Shown here: in pieces, positions 48,623-57,463 of the stretch | Position numbering within the stretch: the first letter of the stretch is position 1 | How the letters are laid out: the number at the start of each line of letters is the position of its first letter | From: Candidatus Micrarchaeota archaeon | GTDB taxonomy: Archaea; Micrarchaeota; Micrarchaeia; Norongarragalinales; Norongarragalinaceae | DNA length: 64,000 bases | NCBI GenBank assembly: GCA_016207165.1 | Contig: JACQQD010000008.1 | Location: forward strand, 117,447 to 181,446 | Reading direction: 5' to 3' | Translations under genes and position numbers: made by a program | The notes under the pieces: model-generated | Database searches by the model: none | Told to the model about the DNA's origin: nothing | What the model saw: only the letters and a program-made list of their open reading frames with translations

Positions 48623-48837
48623 GTCGTGTTGAATTCAACACGATTTTACCAAACAAACCACACCCACCAAGCAGGCCTCTAAGCGCGGCAGCCGCATCCA
48701 GAACAAGTCTGAGTTCGCGCCAGCCGCATCCAGTCCAGGTCTGTGTGCGTTTTTTGCACGATTGTGCACATATGCGCATGATTATGCAGAATTCAGCACT
48801 ATTTAACCTCAGGCCCGTTTGGCCCTTGACGAGGGTC
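48623..48837 (+). repeat. Central junction: right end Y, att core, left end X
   Basis: First half matches 50494-50600 and second half matches 46429-46550; contains the 20-bp palindrome tcgtgttgaattcaacacga. Confidence 0.9.
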
Positions 48838-48861
48838 AAATTGTCCTTTGTCAGGCTTCAT

Positions 48862-49380
48862 TTATTCCTGACTGTTTTTCAAGTTGAACGTTACATTCAT
48901 TACTCGTTCGGAAAACGCTCGGGCACGAATCGAATCGGAATCACTAAGATTCCCAAAACCAAAGACTGAAAATGTCCCTTGCAGTTGGGCATAAAACACA
49001 GTTTTATCCAATTGCGCGCCCTTCTGCCGCAGATTCTTCACGACAAAATCCAAATTTCCGGGTTCATTTCTAATACGACGGTCTTGATCGGTTAAATCAA
49101 ACAAAATTGATTTTACGGCCAAGCCAAAGTTTCCGGTTCCTTTCTTGACACAAAAAAGCGCCATCTTTGTTTTTGAAAGGTTTTGCGATTCCAAGTATTT
49201 CTGGATTGAAAAGCCATGATGCAGTAGGCCTCCAGCAAAAACAAAATCAAACCCGGAAATTGATGGTGTTTCCAATGAAGTCTTAACGACAACCCTCGAA
49301 TTTATCTTCCGTGCGCCTTGAGCAATAGCCTCAGCCAATTGTTTAGCTTTTGAACCATCATAAACCACCAAAACGTTCAT
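48862..49380 (-). CDS. Flavodoxin-like fold protein (cargo)
   Basis: MNVLVVYDG..LAEAIAQGA, FDFVFAGG, KMALF, RARAF; AT-rich DNA. Confidence 0.65.
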   Translation of the reverse strand: MNVLVVYDGSKAKQLAEAIAQGARKINSRVVVKTSLETPSISGFDFVFAGGLLHHGFSIQKYLESQNLSKTKMALFCVKKGTGNFGLAVKSILFDLTDQDRRIRNEPGNLDFVVKNLRQKGAQLDKTVFYAQLQGTFSVFGFGNLSDSDSIRARAFSERVMNVTFNLKNSQE

Positions 49381-49461
49381 GTTTGAGGGTAACCGTCCAA
49401 ACTTAATTAAACCCACATTTTTCTCAGGAAAATGTGACAATATACCGAAGAGTCTCAATAA

Positions 49462-50415
49462 TCATTCCAAATATTTGACGTAAATCTTGAAGAACTTTTC
49501 ATGCGTCTCCTTAAGCCGCGCATAAAGAAAATTCTCCAAAGTGATGGTTCGACCGTTGTCCGCATCTTCCAGAGCTGAAAAGTAGGACAGCCGCTGCGTT
49601 TTGCGGATGATGAGTGGAGGGTAGCCAGCTTGCAACAACATGGCGTTGATGAGGAAGCGACCGACGCGGCCGTTGCCATCTTCGAAAGGATGGATTTGTT
49701 CGAAACGGCCGTGAAATTCAGCTGCGAGTTGCAGCGGGTGCTTTTTGGAGCGGTTTTCCTCAAACCAGACAAATAGCTCGCCCATTTGTTTTGCGACGCC
49801 TTCCGGCGGCGTGGTGAGCACTTGCCGGCCGTGGATGTAATTGGGCAGTTGCTTGTAGCCCGTAGCGATTCCCATGTCCTTGACGAGAATCGAGTGCATT
49901 TTGTGCATGTCCTTTTCGCGGACTTTGAGTTTGCCCCGCAAAATAAGGTCAATGACTTGCCGGGAATTACGGGTTTCGTAGATTTCGCGCAAGTTTTTGC
50001 CCGGAATGGCGACGTTTTCATGAATGACGATGGCAACGTCCTTGAGAGTCAACGAGTTTCCTTCAATGGCGTTGGATTCGTAGGTGAAGTTAACGGTGAA
50101 GCGGTCGAACAAATCGGTTTTTTGGGCATCCGTCATCTTCGACATCAGTTTGCGGTATTCCAACCGCATGCGTTCCATTTTTTCAGGCGCCGAAAGGTCT
50201 CGTAGTTTCAGCGAGGCATAGTGCTTTTTCGCGAAACGAACCCGAGCTTCAACCTCTTTTTGTTCAAAATAATCCTCAAGTTCCCGATTGTTTTTGCCGG
50301 TTCGGCCTTGGACGCGCTTGGCTATTTTGTGCACCCGACCGTCCGGTAAGCGGATGGACTTGACCGCATACAGATAGTCTTTGCCTTTGATGCGCTTTTG
50401 AGCGAAATGAGCCAC
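49462..50415 (-). CDS. Fic-domain protein
   Basis: HPFEDGNGRVGR catalytic motif; SNAIEGN inhibitory-helix motif. Confidence 0.95.
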   Translation of the reverse strand: MAHFAQKRIKGKDYLYAVKSIRLPDGRVHKIAKRVQGRTGKNNRELEDYFEQKEVEARVRFAKKHYASLKLRDLSAPEKMERMRLEYRKLMSKMTDAQKTDLFDRFTVNFTYESNAIEGNSLTLKDVAIVIHENVAIPGKNLREIYETRNSRQVIDLILRGKLKVREKDMHKMHSILVKDMGIATGYKQLPNYIHGRQVLTTPPEGVAKQMGELFVWFEENRSKKHPLQLAAEFHGRFEQIHPFEDGNGRVGRFLINAMLLQAGYPPLIIRKTQRLSYFSALEDADNGRTITLENFLYARLKETHEKFFKIYVKYLE

Positions 50416-50422
50416 GAATTAG

Positions 50423-50465
50423 TTAACCCCACAGATTTATTTAAACCTATCTTTTGTGGGGTTAA
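50423..50465 (-). promoter_or_regulatory. Inverted repeat bracketing the fic TATA box
   Basis: ttaaccccaca ... tgtggggttaa (11-bp arms) around tttatttaaa. Confidence 0.6.
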
Positions 50466-50493
50466 AACAAACGTTACGGACTATTTCAATTCA

Positions 50494-50600
50494 TGTGCCG
50501 AATTCAACGCGATTCAACCAAACAAACAACGCACGCAGCCAACACTGTAAGCGCGGCAGCCGCATTGAGGACAGGACTCAAGGTGCGCCAGCCGCATTCA
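50494..50600 (+). repeat. Right end Y plus att core (copy 2)
   Basis: gaattcaac..accaaacaaac..taagcgcggcagccgcat..gcgccagccgcattca. Confidence 0.9.
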
Positions 50601-50691
50601 ACGTGGCCGCTGCGTGATGGGAAAAAATAAGAAAAAGAGGCCAAGCGGCCGAAAAGAAATGGATGCTTGACGCGTTGCGCGTCCAACGTCT

Positions 50692-50883
50692 TTAAACTTT
50701 CTTGGCGTTCTTGGCGCGTGGGCCGCGTTCGGATTGTTCCACGTCGTATTCGACTTGGTCGCCGACGGCAAACGCGGTGCCCCCCTGGATGGCCGAGGAG
50801 TGCACATACACGTCTTTTCCGTCGTCTCCGGTAATGAACCCGAACCCGCGGGCGTCGTTGAACATCTTGACTTTTCCTTTCAT
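50692..50883 (-). CDS. Cold-shock domain protein
   Basis: KGKVKMFN, RGFGFI (RNP1), DVYVH (RNP2); aggtga SD-like site. Confidence 0.95.
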   Translation of the reverse strand: MKGKVKMFNDARGFGFITGDDGKDVYVHSSAIQGGTAFAVGDQVEYDVEQSERGPRAKNAKKV

Positions 50884-51024
50884 ACTCAATCACCTAATTT
50901 TTCAAAATCAGAAAACAGGTTTTGCTTTCCAACCCAATTCTTGGGGTGTTGGTGGTATAAATGGCCGACTTTTGGCTTTGTTTCGGGTTTCCGGCGGGCG
51001 GGTAATCAAGAAATCAGTCTTTGG

Positions 51025-51318
51025 CTATGCCGCGACCGCCAGGGCCAAAAATCCGGCAACCGAGATCACAAAAAACCCTGCTCCGTTTTCCATTCCAAGA
51101 ATTTTTGCGGTTCCCAGGACCAGTGCCAATGCGGCGAATAAAGCCAGTCCAACCTGGAGGGAGGCCAAGCCCGTAACGATGCCCATGGTTGCCGCCAACA
51201 GCATGCCGGGCGCCCAAAGAAGTGGGCTTGCCGCCGCGTCGCCGGCTCCCGCATAGCCGAAGAACAGGCCGAGGGTCAACACGACCCAGACGTTTTGGGT
51301 GCTGAACAAGGCGCTCAC
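51025..51318 (-). CDS. Small hydrophobic membrane protein
   Basis: Almost entirely hydrophobic; GTGA overlap with the upstream gene. Confidence 0.55.
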   Translation of the reverse strand: MSALFSTQNVWVVLTLGLFFGYAGAGDAAASPLLWAPGMLLAATMGIVTGLASLQVGLALFAALALVLGTAKILGMENGAGFFVISVAGFLALAVAA

Positions 51319-52274
51319 AAGCCGTTGGCCTCCGAGTCAAACACGGCATGCGTTTTTTGGATGTAGCGGCTTGGACCGAACTTCTGCTTGAATTGGTGTA
51401 GGGACTCAAACTCGCTGCCGCCGAGGTTGGCCGCATTCATGCCTTGGGCGTGGGCGCGGCGCAGGGTTTCAAGGACAATGGTTTCGGAAAAGCCCGGAAA
51501 CCGGTTGGTGGAAATGTTGCAGTAGAGTCCCACGCTTTGTTTTCCGGTTCGTTCCGCGAGGCTGAAGCCTTCGGGCTTGCCGTCGAGGTAGAATACGTAA
51601 GAGAACACGTTTTTTTCGTCGCAGCGCGTGTAGAGGCTTTCCATGTAGCGGTGGTGCAAGTCCACGGAGTGAAGGAGGAGGGGGTCTCTTCGGATTTTTT
51701 CGTCAAACCGGTTGGAAAAATGTCTTTCCCACCCCGATAGCACGCGCACGGCGTCTTCGTACATGGACGGATGGTAGGGCAGGGCCACCGCGTTTTTGCG
51801 TTTTCGGAAATGCGTCGTGGCGTGCCGCAGGCGCTTGAGGGCCGGTCCTTTCAACGTGACCAATGCGTCCAAGTCCACGATGGTCTGGGGAAACGTGTCT
51901 TCGTCGTAACGGTAGTCGGAGTGCCAGCCTTCGTTTGGTGCGTAGCTTCGGAAATTGTGGCGTTCCAGGAAGGAAAATTCGTTCTCGGAGAGGTTTTTCA
52001 CGATCACCGGCTTTCCGCTTTTTCGTTCCAGGGTTTCAGCCAGTTCCGGCACGCGCCCCAATCCTTTAGGTCCGAGCCACTTCGTGATGACGTACGGGGT
52101 CTGGTTGGGGTACCGTGTGGTGTAAAGCACCGCGGATTCGTTCTCTTGGTGGATATACCCGCCGAAAAACGTGCTTTGCATCACGTAGCTCCACGAATCG
52201 CTGTAGTCGCCCCCCGGATATTGCTCCGCCAGTTCATTTCGGTGGTCCGGCGTCAGTTTATGTTTTTCAGCCAT
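51315..52274 (-). CDS. DUF2156/MprF C-terminal-like GNAT-fold aminoacyltransferase domain protein
   Basis: DLDALVTLKGPALKRLRH, DGKPEGFS, ANLGGSE..LHQFKQKF. Confidence 0.7.
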   Translation of the reverse strand: MAEKHKLTPDHRNELAEQYPGGDYSDSWSYVMQSTFFGGYIHQENESAVLYTTRYPNQTPYVITKWLGPKGLGRVPELAETLERKSGKPVIVKNLSENEFSFLERHNFRSYAPNEGWHSDYRYDEDTFPQTIVDLDALVTLKGPALKRLRHATTHFRKRKNAVALPYHPSMYEDAVRVLSGWERHFSNRFDEKIRRDPLLLHSVDLHHRYMESLYTRCDEKNVFSYVFYLDGKPEGFSLAERTGKQSVGLYCNISTNRFPGFSETIVLETLRRAHAQGMNAANLGGSEFESLHQFKQKFGPSRYIQKTHAVFDSEANGL

Positions 52275-52366
52275 GAAATCCTTATACTTGGCCGAGAATA
52301 AGATTTTTTGAACGATTTTTTACCTAAAACGGTAAATTTATAACCATTTTTTACCCATTATGCTTC

Positions 52367-52873
52367 ATGCGGAGCAAGAACGTGTTGTCGTTGGAGTACG
52401 GCCCGAAAGCGGACTTGGACGAGACGGACTGGAAAATTCTGAAATTGTTGGAGGAGGACGCGCGCATGAGCATCAGCCGCATGGCGCGGCGGTTGAATCT
52501 TTCGCGTGACAAAGTCAAATACCGCTTGAAGCGGTTGGTCTCCGAGAAGATCGTTCTGTCGTTCATGGTCATGACGAACCTGCCGAAACTGGGCTACACG
52601 GTGTGGGGCTACATGCACGTTCGTTTTGCCAATCTTACGCGCAAGCGCGAGCAGGACTTCATCAACCACGTGCGCAGCCACCCGAACATCTTGTTCGCGC
52701 ATTCGACGCTGGGGGCTTGGGATTTCGGGGTGGAGTTCTTCGCCAAGGACCCCGGGCATTTTTTCCAACTGCAGAAAGACTTGAAGGAAACGTTTTCCGA
52801 CATCATCAAGGATGCGGAAACCGGTTCGTTTGTCGACGTGTACAAGACGTTGTACGTGCCGCCGAGGCCGTAA
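52367..52873 (+). CDS. Lrp/AsnC-family transcriptional regulator
   Basis: LDETDWKILKLLEEDAR HTH; GAWD; tttacc/ggtaaa repeats in the divergent promoter. Confidence 0.9.
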   Translation: MRSKNVLSLEYGPKADLDETDWKILKLLEEDARMSISRMARRLNLSRDKVKYRLKRLVSEKIVLSFMVMTNLPKLGYTVWGYMHVRFANLTRKREQDFINHVRSHPNILFAHSTLGAWDFGVEFFAKDPGHFFQLQKDLKETFSDIIKDAETGSFVDVYKTLYVPPRP

Positions 52874-52909
52874 TCGTCTTTAATGGGTTTGACTCCAGAG
52901 CTTCTGGAT

Positions 52910-54220
52910 ATGGCCCCTCTTCCTTTTTCAATTCGAAAATTGACTGCGCAGGAGCGTGCACGTCACGAGGAATTCTACCGTTACATGGCGGAAAACCATC
53001 CTGACGTGCATGAGGCGCTCATTGAGGGCAAGCGTCCTCGAATTCCTCCGTACGTCTTGAAGCTCAGTTTTCCGCGCCTTGCTGGCAAACTTAGGGAGTT
53101 GCACGCGTTGAATCAGGAACGAGGTACTGGTCTTCAAATTGAGGAGCTTGGAAGCTACCTGAATTTCGGTCGGGACAAATGGGAGGCCTTACTGGAACGG
53201 CGTTCTCCTTCAAGCGTTTCAAAACCCGGCGAGGTGCCTGCTGAAGCCACTGGTTCGTCGGGTAACCGAAAGGTCGATTCGCCTCCTGCTCCGGCTTCTC
53301 AGAGCCAAAAATCGACGGGTTCTTTACCGGCCGGCGCCGCCCGTCGGAAAACCCAGACGCCGCCTCCCGCCCAAACCAGTTCCGTCAAGCATCAGTCTGC
53401 CGCGCAACAAGTCAAACCAAAGCCGGCTCTTCGGGCGCCTTCGCGTCCCGCGCCCAAGGAAACGACGCCGGAAGAGGCGTTGGCGCATTTGGAGCAATCC
53501 CTGTCTTTGTGGGCCGCGGCGGGTCTGGCGTCCACGCATGGGCACAAGGACTTGTCGGATTTGGAGATTGAGGGCCGGGTGGCGGACTTGGTGGCGGATA
53601 AAATGGATGCCACGGCGCGCGTTCTTTCTTCTCCCAAACTGGTTTCGAGTTTGGCGCGGCGCCTGGAAAAAAGCAGGCTCAAGCCGAGGGAAGTCCTGTA
53701 TTTTTCAAACCAGGTGCGAAACGCGGTGGAACGGTGGCAGAGCCAGAGGGCCGGGGAATCTTTTGCCGCGGCAAAGCCTTCCAAGAGGACTTTGAGGGAT
53801 TCCCTGACTTCGTTTTCCGCGTTGTTGGCGGATCACCGGAGGAAAATGAAGGATTCATTTCTGCGCTTGAACCGGGATCCGGCCACTTCCGTTGGACAGC
53901 TTGAGACGCGTGATTTGGGTGTCTCGATTTCTCATCTTGCCGAAGACGAGAAACTTCAAGAGGCGTTTCGTGCGGTTCTGAAAAAAGCCTTTGAGGGTTC
54001 TTCAACCAGCGGAAGCTTTCTTCTTCGAAAGCACCCCGCTCTTGTAGACTCCATGAACGCGTCTGGCGGCGACCATTTTTTCAATCTGGTTCACGTCAAC
54101 GACGCCTTGGTCCAGGAGTTGGGGCATGAACTAACGCGGTCTGGAGTGTCGGCGGAATCGTTTGACGCGTTTCAGAAAAAACTGTATGCCCGTTACAAGC
54201 TGTTTGGCTTGGTCTCTTAG
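52910..54220 (+). CDS. Hypothetical protein (N-terminal domain shared with the next gene, P/S-rich linker)
   Basis: Long ORF; start uncertain (52883 or 52910). Confidence 0.65.
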   Translation: MAPLPFSIRKLTAQERARHEEFYRYMAENHPDVHEALIEGKRPRIPPYVLKLSFPRLAGKLRELHALNQERGTGLQIEELGSYLNFGRDKWEALLERRSPSSVSKPGEVPAEATGSSGNRKVDSPPAPASQSQKSTGSLPAGAARRKTQTPPPAQTSSVKHQSAAQQVKPKPALRAPSRPAPKETTPEEALAHLEQSLSLWAAAGLASTHGHKDLSDLEIEGRVADLVADKMDATARVLSSPKLVSSLARRLEKSRLKPREVLYFSNQVRNAVERWQSQRAGESFAAAKPSKRTLRDSLTSFSALLADHRRKMKDSFLRLNRDPATSVGQLETRDLGVSISHLAEDEKLQEAFRAVLKKAFEGSSTSGSFLLRKHPALVDSMNASGGDHFFNLVHVNDALVQELGHELTRSGVSAESFDAFQKKLYARYKLFGLVS

Positions 54221-54260
54221 TAGGGAAACTTTGAATAACGGGGGCTTTCCTTTTTTTCCC

Positions 54261-54617
54261 ATGGCGGGTTGGCGACTCAAGTTTCATGAATTGGATGGGC
54301 GTGGGCAAGACTGGCACGCCCGCTTTTATGAGCAGCTTCTGCGGCAAGATCCCGAAGCGCATGCCGCTTTGGTCGGACCTCTGAAACCCGTTTTGTCATA
54401 TCAACTCACTCAGGGCAATGTTTCCAAGGCGGTGGGCTATGCCGTGACGCTCCATCGGCTCAACGAAGCGCTTGGTACCGCGGTGCGTTTGGAGGACATG
54501 CAATCCCACATCAGCACGGGTTCCAGCCGGTTCATCCCTCAATTTGAAATGAAGTCCGGGGTAATGGTTCCGGAAGAAATCCGGGTAAAACTAAAAATTG
54601 CGCCCCGCCGGCAATAG
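54261..54617 (+). CDS. Hypothetical protein, paralog of the preceding N-terminal domain
   Basis: Shared H..FY, P..H.AL and LH.LN...GT motifs. Confidence 0.65.
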   Translation: MAGWRLKFHELDGRGQDWHARFYEQLLRQDPEAHAALVGPLKPVLSYQLTQGNVSKAVGYAVTLHRLNEALGTAVRLEDMQSHISTGSSRFIPQFEMKSGVMVPEEIRVKLKIAPRRQ

Positions 54618-54631
54618 CTGTTCAGCGGATT

Positions 54632-55243
54632 TCATTTTTTTTCCGGCTTGGTGAGTTCCGCGAGAAAGTAGCCGGTGTGCACGTGGTCGATGAATTCTTT
54701 TCCCATGTGTTCTTCCAGGATGCGTCGGTGGTCCGGTGGAGGAATGACGAGTCCCGTTTCGTGAAACGTTTCTGGGGCGTGGCTGTCCTTGGTCAACAAA
54801 TTCATGGCCAGCTGGTTTTCTTTGGCCAACTTTTCCAGGAATTCGGGTGGCGCGGCGTAGGGCATTAGGGTGTGGCCGACGAGGATGCGGCCGCCGGGTT
54901 TAAGCCATTTCGCGGCCAACGCGATAATTTGTTGGGCTCGCCTTTTGATGTTGGGTTGGTTTAACACGTTGTGGATGTGGATTTCGTCGGCCCGTCCTTC
55001 CGGAAAATGGGTTTCTTGCGCGGTTTTCGGGACCACCAGGACGTGTTGGCGGATGGATTCGAATGCTTTTTTCATTTCTTCGATTAATTCATATTGGTCC
55101 GGGTCGGGTTCGATGCAGACGTGGAGTTCGCCGGCTTTAATGACGCGGCCTTCTCGTATGCCGGGGAAACGGCTTCCGGGACCGATGTGGACGATGACGG
55201 CGCCGGGGTGTTCGCGGATGCGTTGGAGTTGTTCTGGGTTCAT
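54632..55243 (-). CDS. Class I SAM-methyltransferase-like protein
   Basis: VHIGPGS, HVCIE, DEIHIHNV, LKPGGRILVG. Confidence 0.65.
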   Translation of the reverse strand: MNPEQLQRIREHPGAVIVHIGPGSRFPGIREGRVIKAGELHVCIEPDPDQYELIEEMKKAFESIRQHVLVVPKTAQETHFPEGRADEIHIHNVLNQPNIKRRAQQIIALAAKWLKPGGRILVGHTLMPYAAPPEFLEKLAKENQLAMNLLTKDSHAPETFHETGLVIPPPDHRRILEEHMGKEFIDHVHTGYFLAELTKPEKK

Positions 55244-55246
55244 GCG

Positions 55247-56263
55247 TTAAAACCATTTTTTCAGGGAGGACTGTTTCTCGTCGGCGTTCTGGAAGGCTTT
55301 CTCCAGCGTGGTTTGAATGCGGTCTTCGCCGAAATCGTTTTCGTCCACCATGAATGTTTTGATGCCGGGGATGTCGGCGGGTTTTCGTTTGAGTTGTTCG
55401 GCCGTGACCTTTTCGTAGGGCGGGTGTAGGAAGAGTTTTTCGAGGGGTTCATAGTCGATGGGGGCTTCCAGTTTGGCGTTGATGTCGTCAAAGGATTTGG
55501 CGTCTTGGACGAGTTTGAGGGCTTTTTTGGGGCCGATGCCGTTGATGCCGTCGTTAAAGTCGGTGCCGATGAGGATACCGGCCCACACCAGCTGTTCGTG
55601 CGTGAGTTTCAAGGCGTCGAGGTTTTCTTTGAGGTAATATATTTCGGGGTGGATTGTGGCGTACTGGTTGCGGCGGGGAAGCTTTCGCCTTCCACTGAAA
55701 GTGAGGTTGCGGACGAACGCGGGGGCGCCAAACAAGAGCGCGTCAAAGTCTTGCGAGGCCACGGCGTCAACTAGTCCTTTCTTCACCATGCCGGCGGCTT
55801 GCGCCTCGCCTTCCGAGGGCGCCTGGATCCAGGGCAGGCCCATCAAGTCCAAGAGTTTCTGGCTTTGTTTGACCATGTCGCGGGTGAGGCGGGCCGTTCG
55901 TTGCGCCAGCATGGCGGCTTCTTCCAGGCGGCCTTCTTCGCGGGCTTTGCGCAATAGCTCTTCGGCTTCCATCTTTTTTTCGACGCGTTCGGCGATGGTC
56001 TTGGCTTTCAGTTCGCTTGGGACGCCGTCAAAGACGTAAATGGGCGTGATGTTTTTTTCCAGAAGCGCGCAGGTGCGGTAGAAGAGGCCCGAAAGGTGTG
56101 ACGTGATTTCGCGGTTTTGGTTTTGAAGTGGCGTTCCGTCGGGTTGGCGGATGATGGTGAGGAATTGGTAAAGCGCATTGTAGGCGTCCACGGCGTAGGT
56201 GCCGGAAAGCTGGTCCAAGGTTTTTTCGTGGGCCACGAGTATGGGTTTGAGTTTTACTCCCAT
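55247..56263 (-). CDS. fen: Flap endonuclease 1
   Basis: MGVK, DAYNALYQFL, TSHLSG, APSEGEAQ, SQDFD, GTDFN, PIP box QSSLKKWF. Confidence 0.97.
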   Translation of the reverse strand: MGVKLKPILVAHEKTLDQLSGTYAVDAYNALYQFLTIIRQPDGTPLQNQNREITSHLSGLFYRTCALLEKNITPIYVFDGVPSELKAKTIAERVEKKMEAEELLRKAREEGRLEEAAMLAQRTARLTRDMVKQSQKLLDLMGLPWIQAPSEGEAQAAGMVKKGLVDAVASQDFDALLFGAPAFVRNLTFSGRRKLPRRNQYATIHPEIYYLKENLDALKLTHEQLVWAGILIGTDFNDGINGIGPKKALKLVQDAKSFDDINAKLEAPIDYEPLEKLFLHPPYEKVTAEQLKRKPADIPGIKTFMVDENDFGEDRIQTTLEKAFQNADEKQSSLKKWF

Positions 56264-56343
56264 GCGTGGTTTGGTGGTTTGCCGGGTTTATTTTTCTTGG
56301 GGATTTCGGAAAGCTTTATAGCGCGTGCGGCAAAGTGGCTGTC

Positions 56344-56805
56344 ATGGAGTCTTGCCAGGTTTGCGGAAGGGAGGCGGTGGGCGAGGGGTTCGTTGAAGGA
56401 GCGAAGGTGCCTTTGTGCAACCGGTGCATTGACCACGCGTCGAAATTCGACGTGTACGACGACTACAAGCCGCACGCGCCCGAAAAAAAGTTCGTGCCCA
56501 AAGCCCAGGTCGTGGAGCGGTTCGTGGATGGCTGGGCGCAGAAAATCAAGTCGGGCCGGGAAAAGAAGGGCTGGGACCGATTGGAGCTAGGGAAGCGCTT
56601 GTTCATTTCGGAGACGGACATCAAGGCGTTTGAGGATGGAAGGAGAAAGCCGGAGCCGGGCCAGCGCGAGAAAATCGAGAGGGAACTGGGCATTTCGTTG
56701 GTGGAGTCGGAGGTCTTGGATTCCGTGGAGAAAACGCAGACCGCTCCGCCCAAGCCCGGTCAGGCGTTGACGCTTGGGGATTTAGTCAAGATCAAGAAGA
56801 AGTGA
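56344..56805 (+). CDS. Archaeal multiprotein bridging factor aMBF1
   Basis: CQVCG..CNRC Zn ribbon, HTH, LTLGD tail. Confidence 0.85.
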   Translation: MESCQVCGREAVGEGFVEGAKVPLCNRCIDHASKFDVYDDYKPHAPEKKFVPKAQVVERFVDGWAQKIKSGREKKGWDRLELGKRLFISETDIKAFEDGRRKPEPGQREKIERELGISLVESEVLDSVEKTQTAPPKPGQALTLGDLVKIKKK

Positions 56806-56812
56806 CGATGGA

Positions 56813-57385
56813 ATGGGTATCCACCGTTTGCCTTTCCGTGTCTTGAATTATGAGGGGCCCAAGGTCTTGGCGGTTGGCTCGGGTGAATACTATCCCGGTA
56901 CGGAACATGGGCCGCCGCTTCTGGATGGCGCACTTCACGTATGCGTTGAACAGCGTCGTAACATGCATGACGCTTTTCAGCAAATCGGCAACTTGGAGCA
57001 CGTGGAGCCGATTTGCGGTTCCGTCCAAACCTTTCGCCTGCCCTCGGATTTTTTCGACCAGGTCCATTTTTTCAACGTGTTCAATTCCTATCCATTTGGC
57101 ATGAGCTTGTTGCCTTGGATGGAAGACCATTTGGGCGTGGTCAAGCCGGGTGGACTTGTTTTGGTGGGTAACACGCATACGCCGAATTTGACGTGGATGG
57201 ACCAAATTGCACCCGTGTTTGCCCGTCGCGGGTTTTCCGCAGAACAATTGGCGTACTGGGACCCCGCCAAGTCCGAACTGTCCGCTCGTCAGAGGGAGCG
57301 TTTTGTGAAGTTCATGGGATCGGGTGTCCTCAATCACATCACGCCCGGCGCCGTTCTGGTGGCCTTCAAAAAAAGGAAGGCCTAA
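56813..57385 (+). CDS. Class I SAM-methyltransferase-like protein (paralog of 54632-55243)
   Basis: LAVGSGE, HVCVE, DQVHFFNV, VKPGGLVLVG. Confidence 0.65.
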   Translation: MGIHRLPFRVLNYEGPKVLAVGSGEYYPGTEHGPPLLDGALHVCVEQRRNMHDAFQQIGNLEHVEPICGSVQTFRLPSDFFDQVHFFNVFNSYPFGMSLLPWMEDHLGVVKPGGLVLVGNTHTPNLTWMDQIAPVFARRGFSAEQLAYWDPAKSELSARQRERFVKFMGSGVLNHITPGAVLVAFKKRKA

Positions 57386-57463
57386 TGCAATTCGCCAACC
57401 ACTACCTTTTTCTTGGGCTTTGGGCCTAGGTTTGTTTCTCCGTTTGGGATTTTGGTTTACTTC

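Larger units (their letters stand above)
46429..50600. mobile_element. Two tandem non-autonomous cassettes integrated at the tRNA-Gly 3' end
   Basis: att core cgccagccgcatYca at 46429, 48718 and 50586; left ends 46444-46550 and 48733-48837; right ends ~48623-48717 and ~50494-50585. Confidence 0.85.

Noticed and set aside
46429-50600. Provirus or IS interpretation of the tRNA island
   Set aside because: No integrase, transposase, replication or virion genes, and the ends are direct rather than inverted repeats
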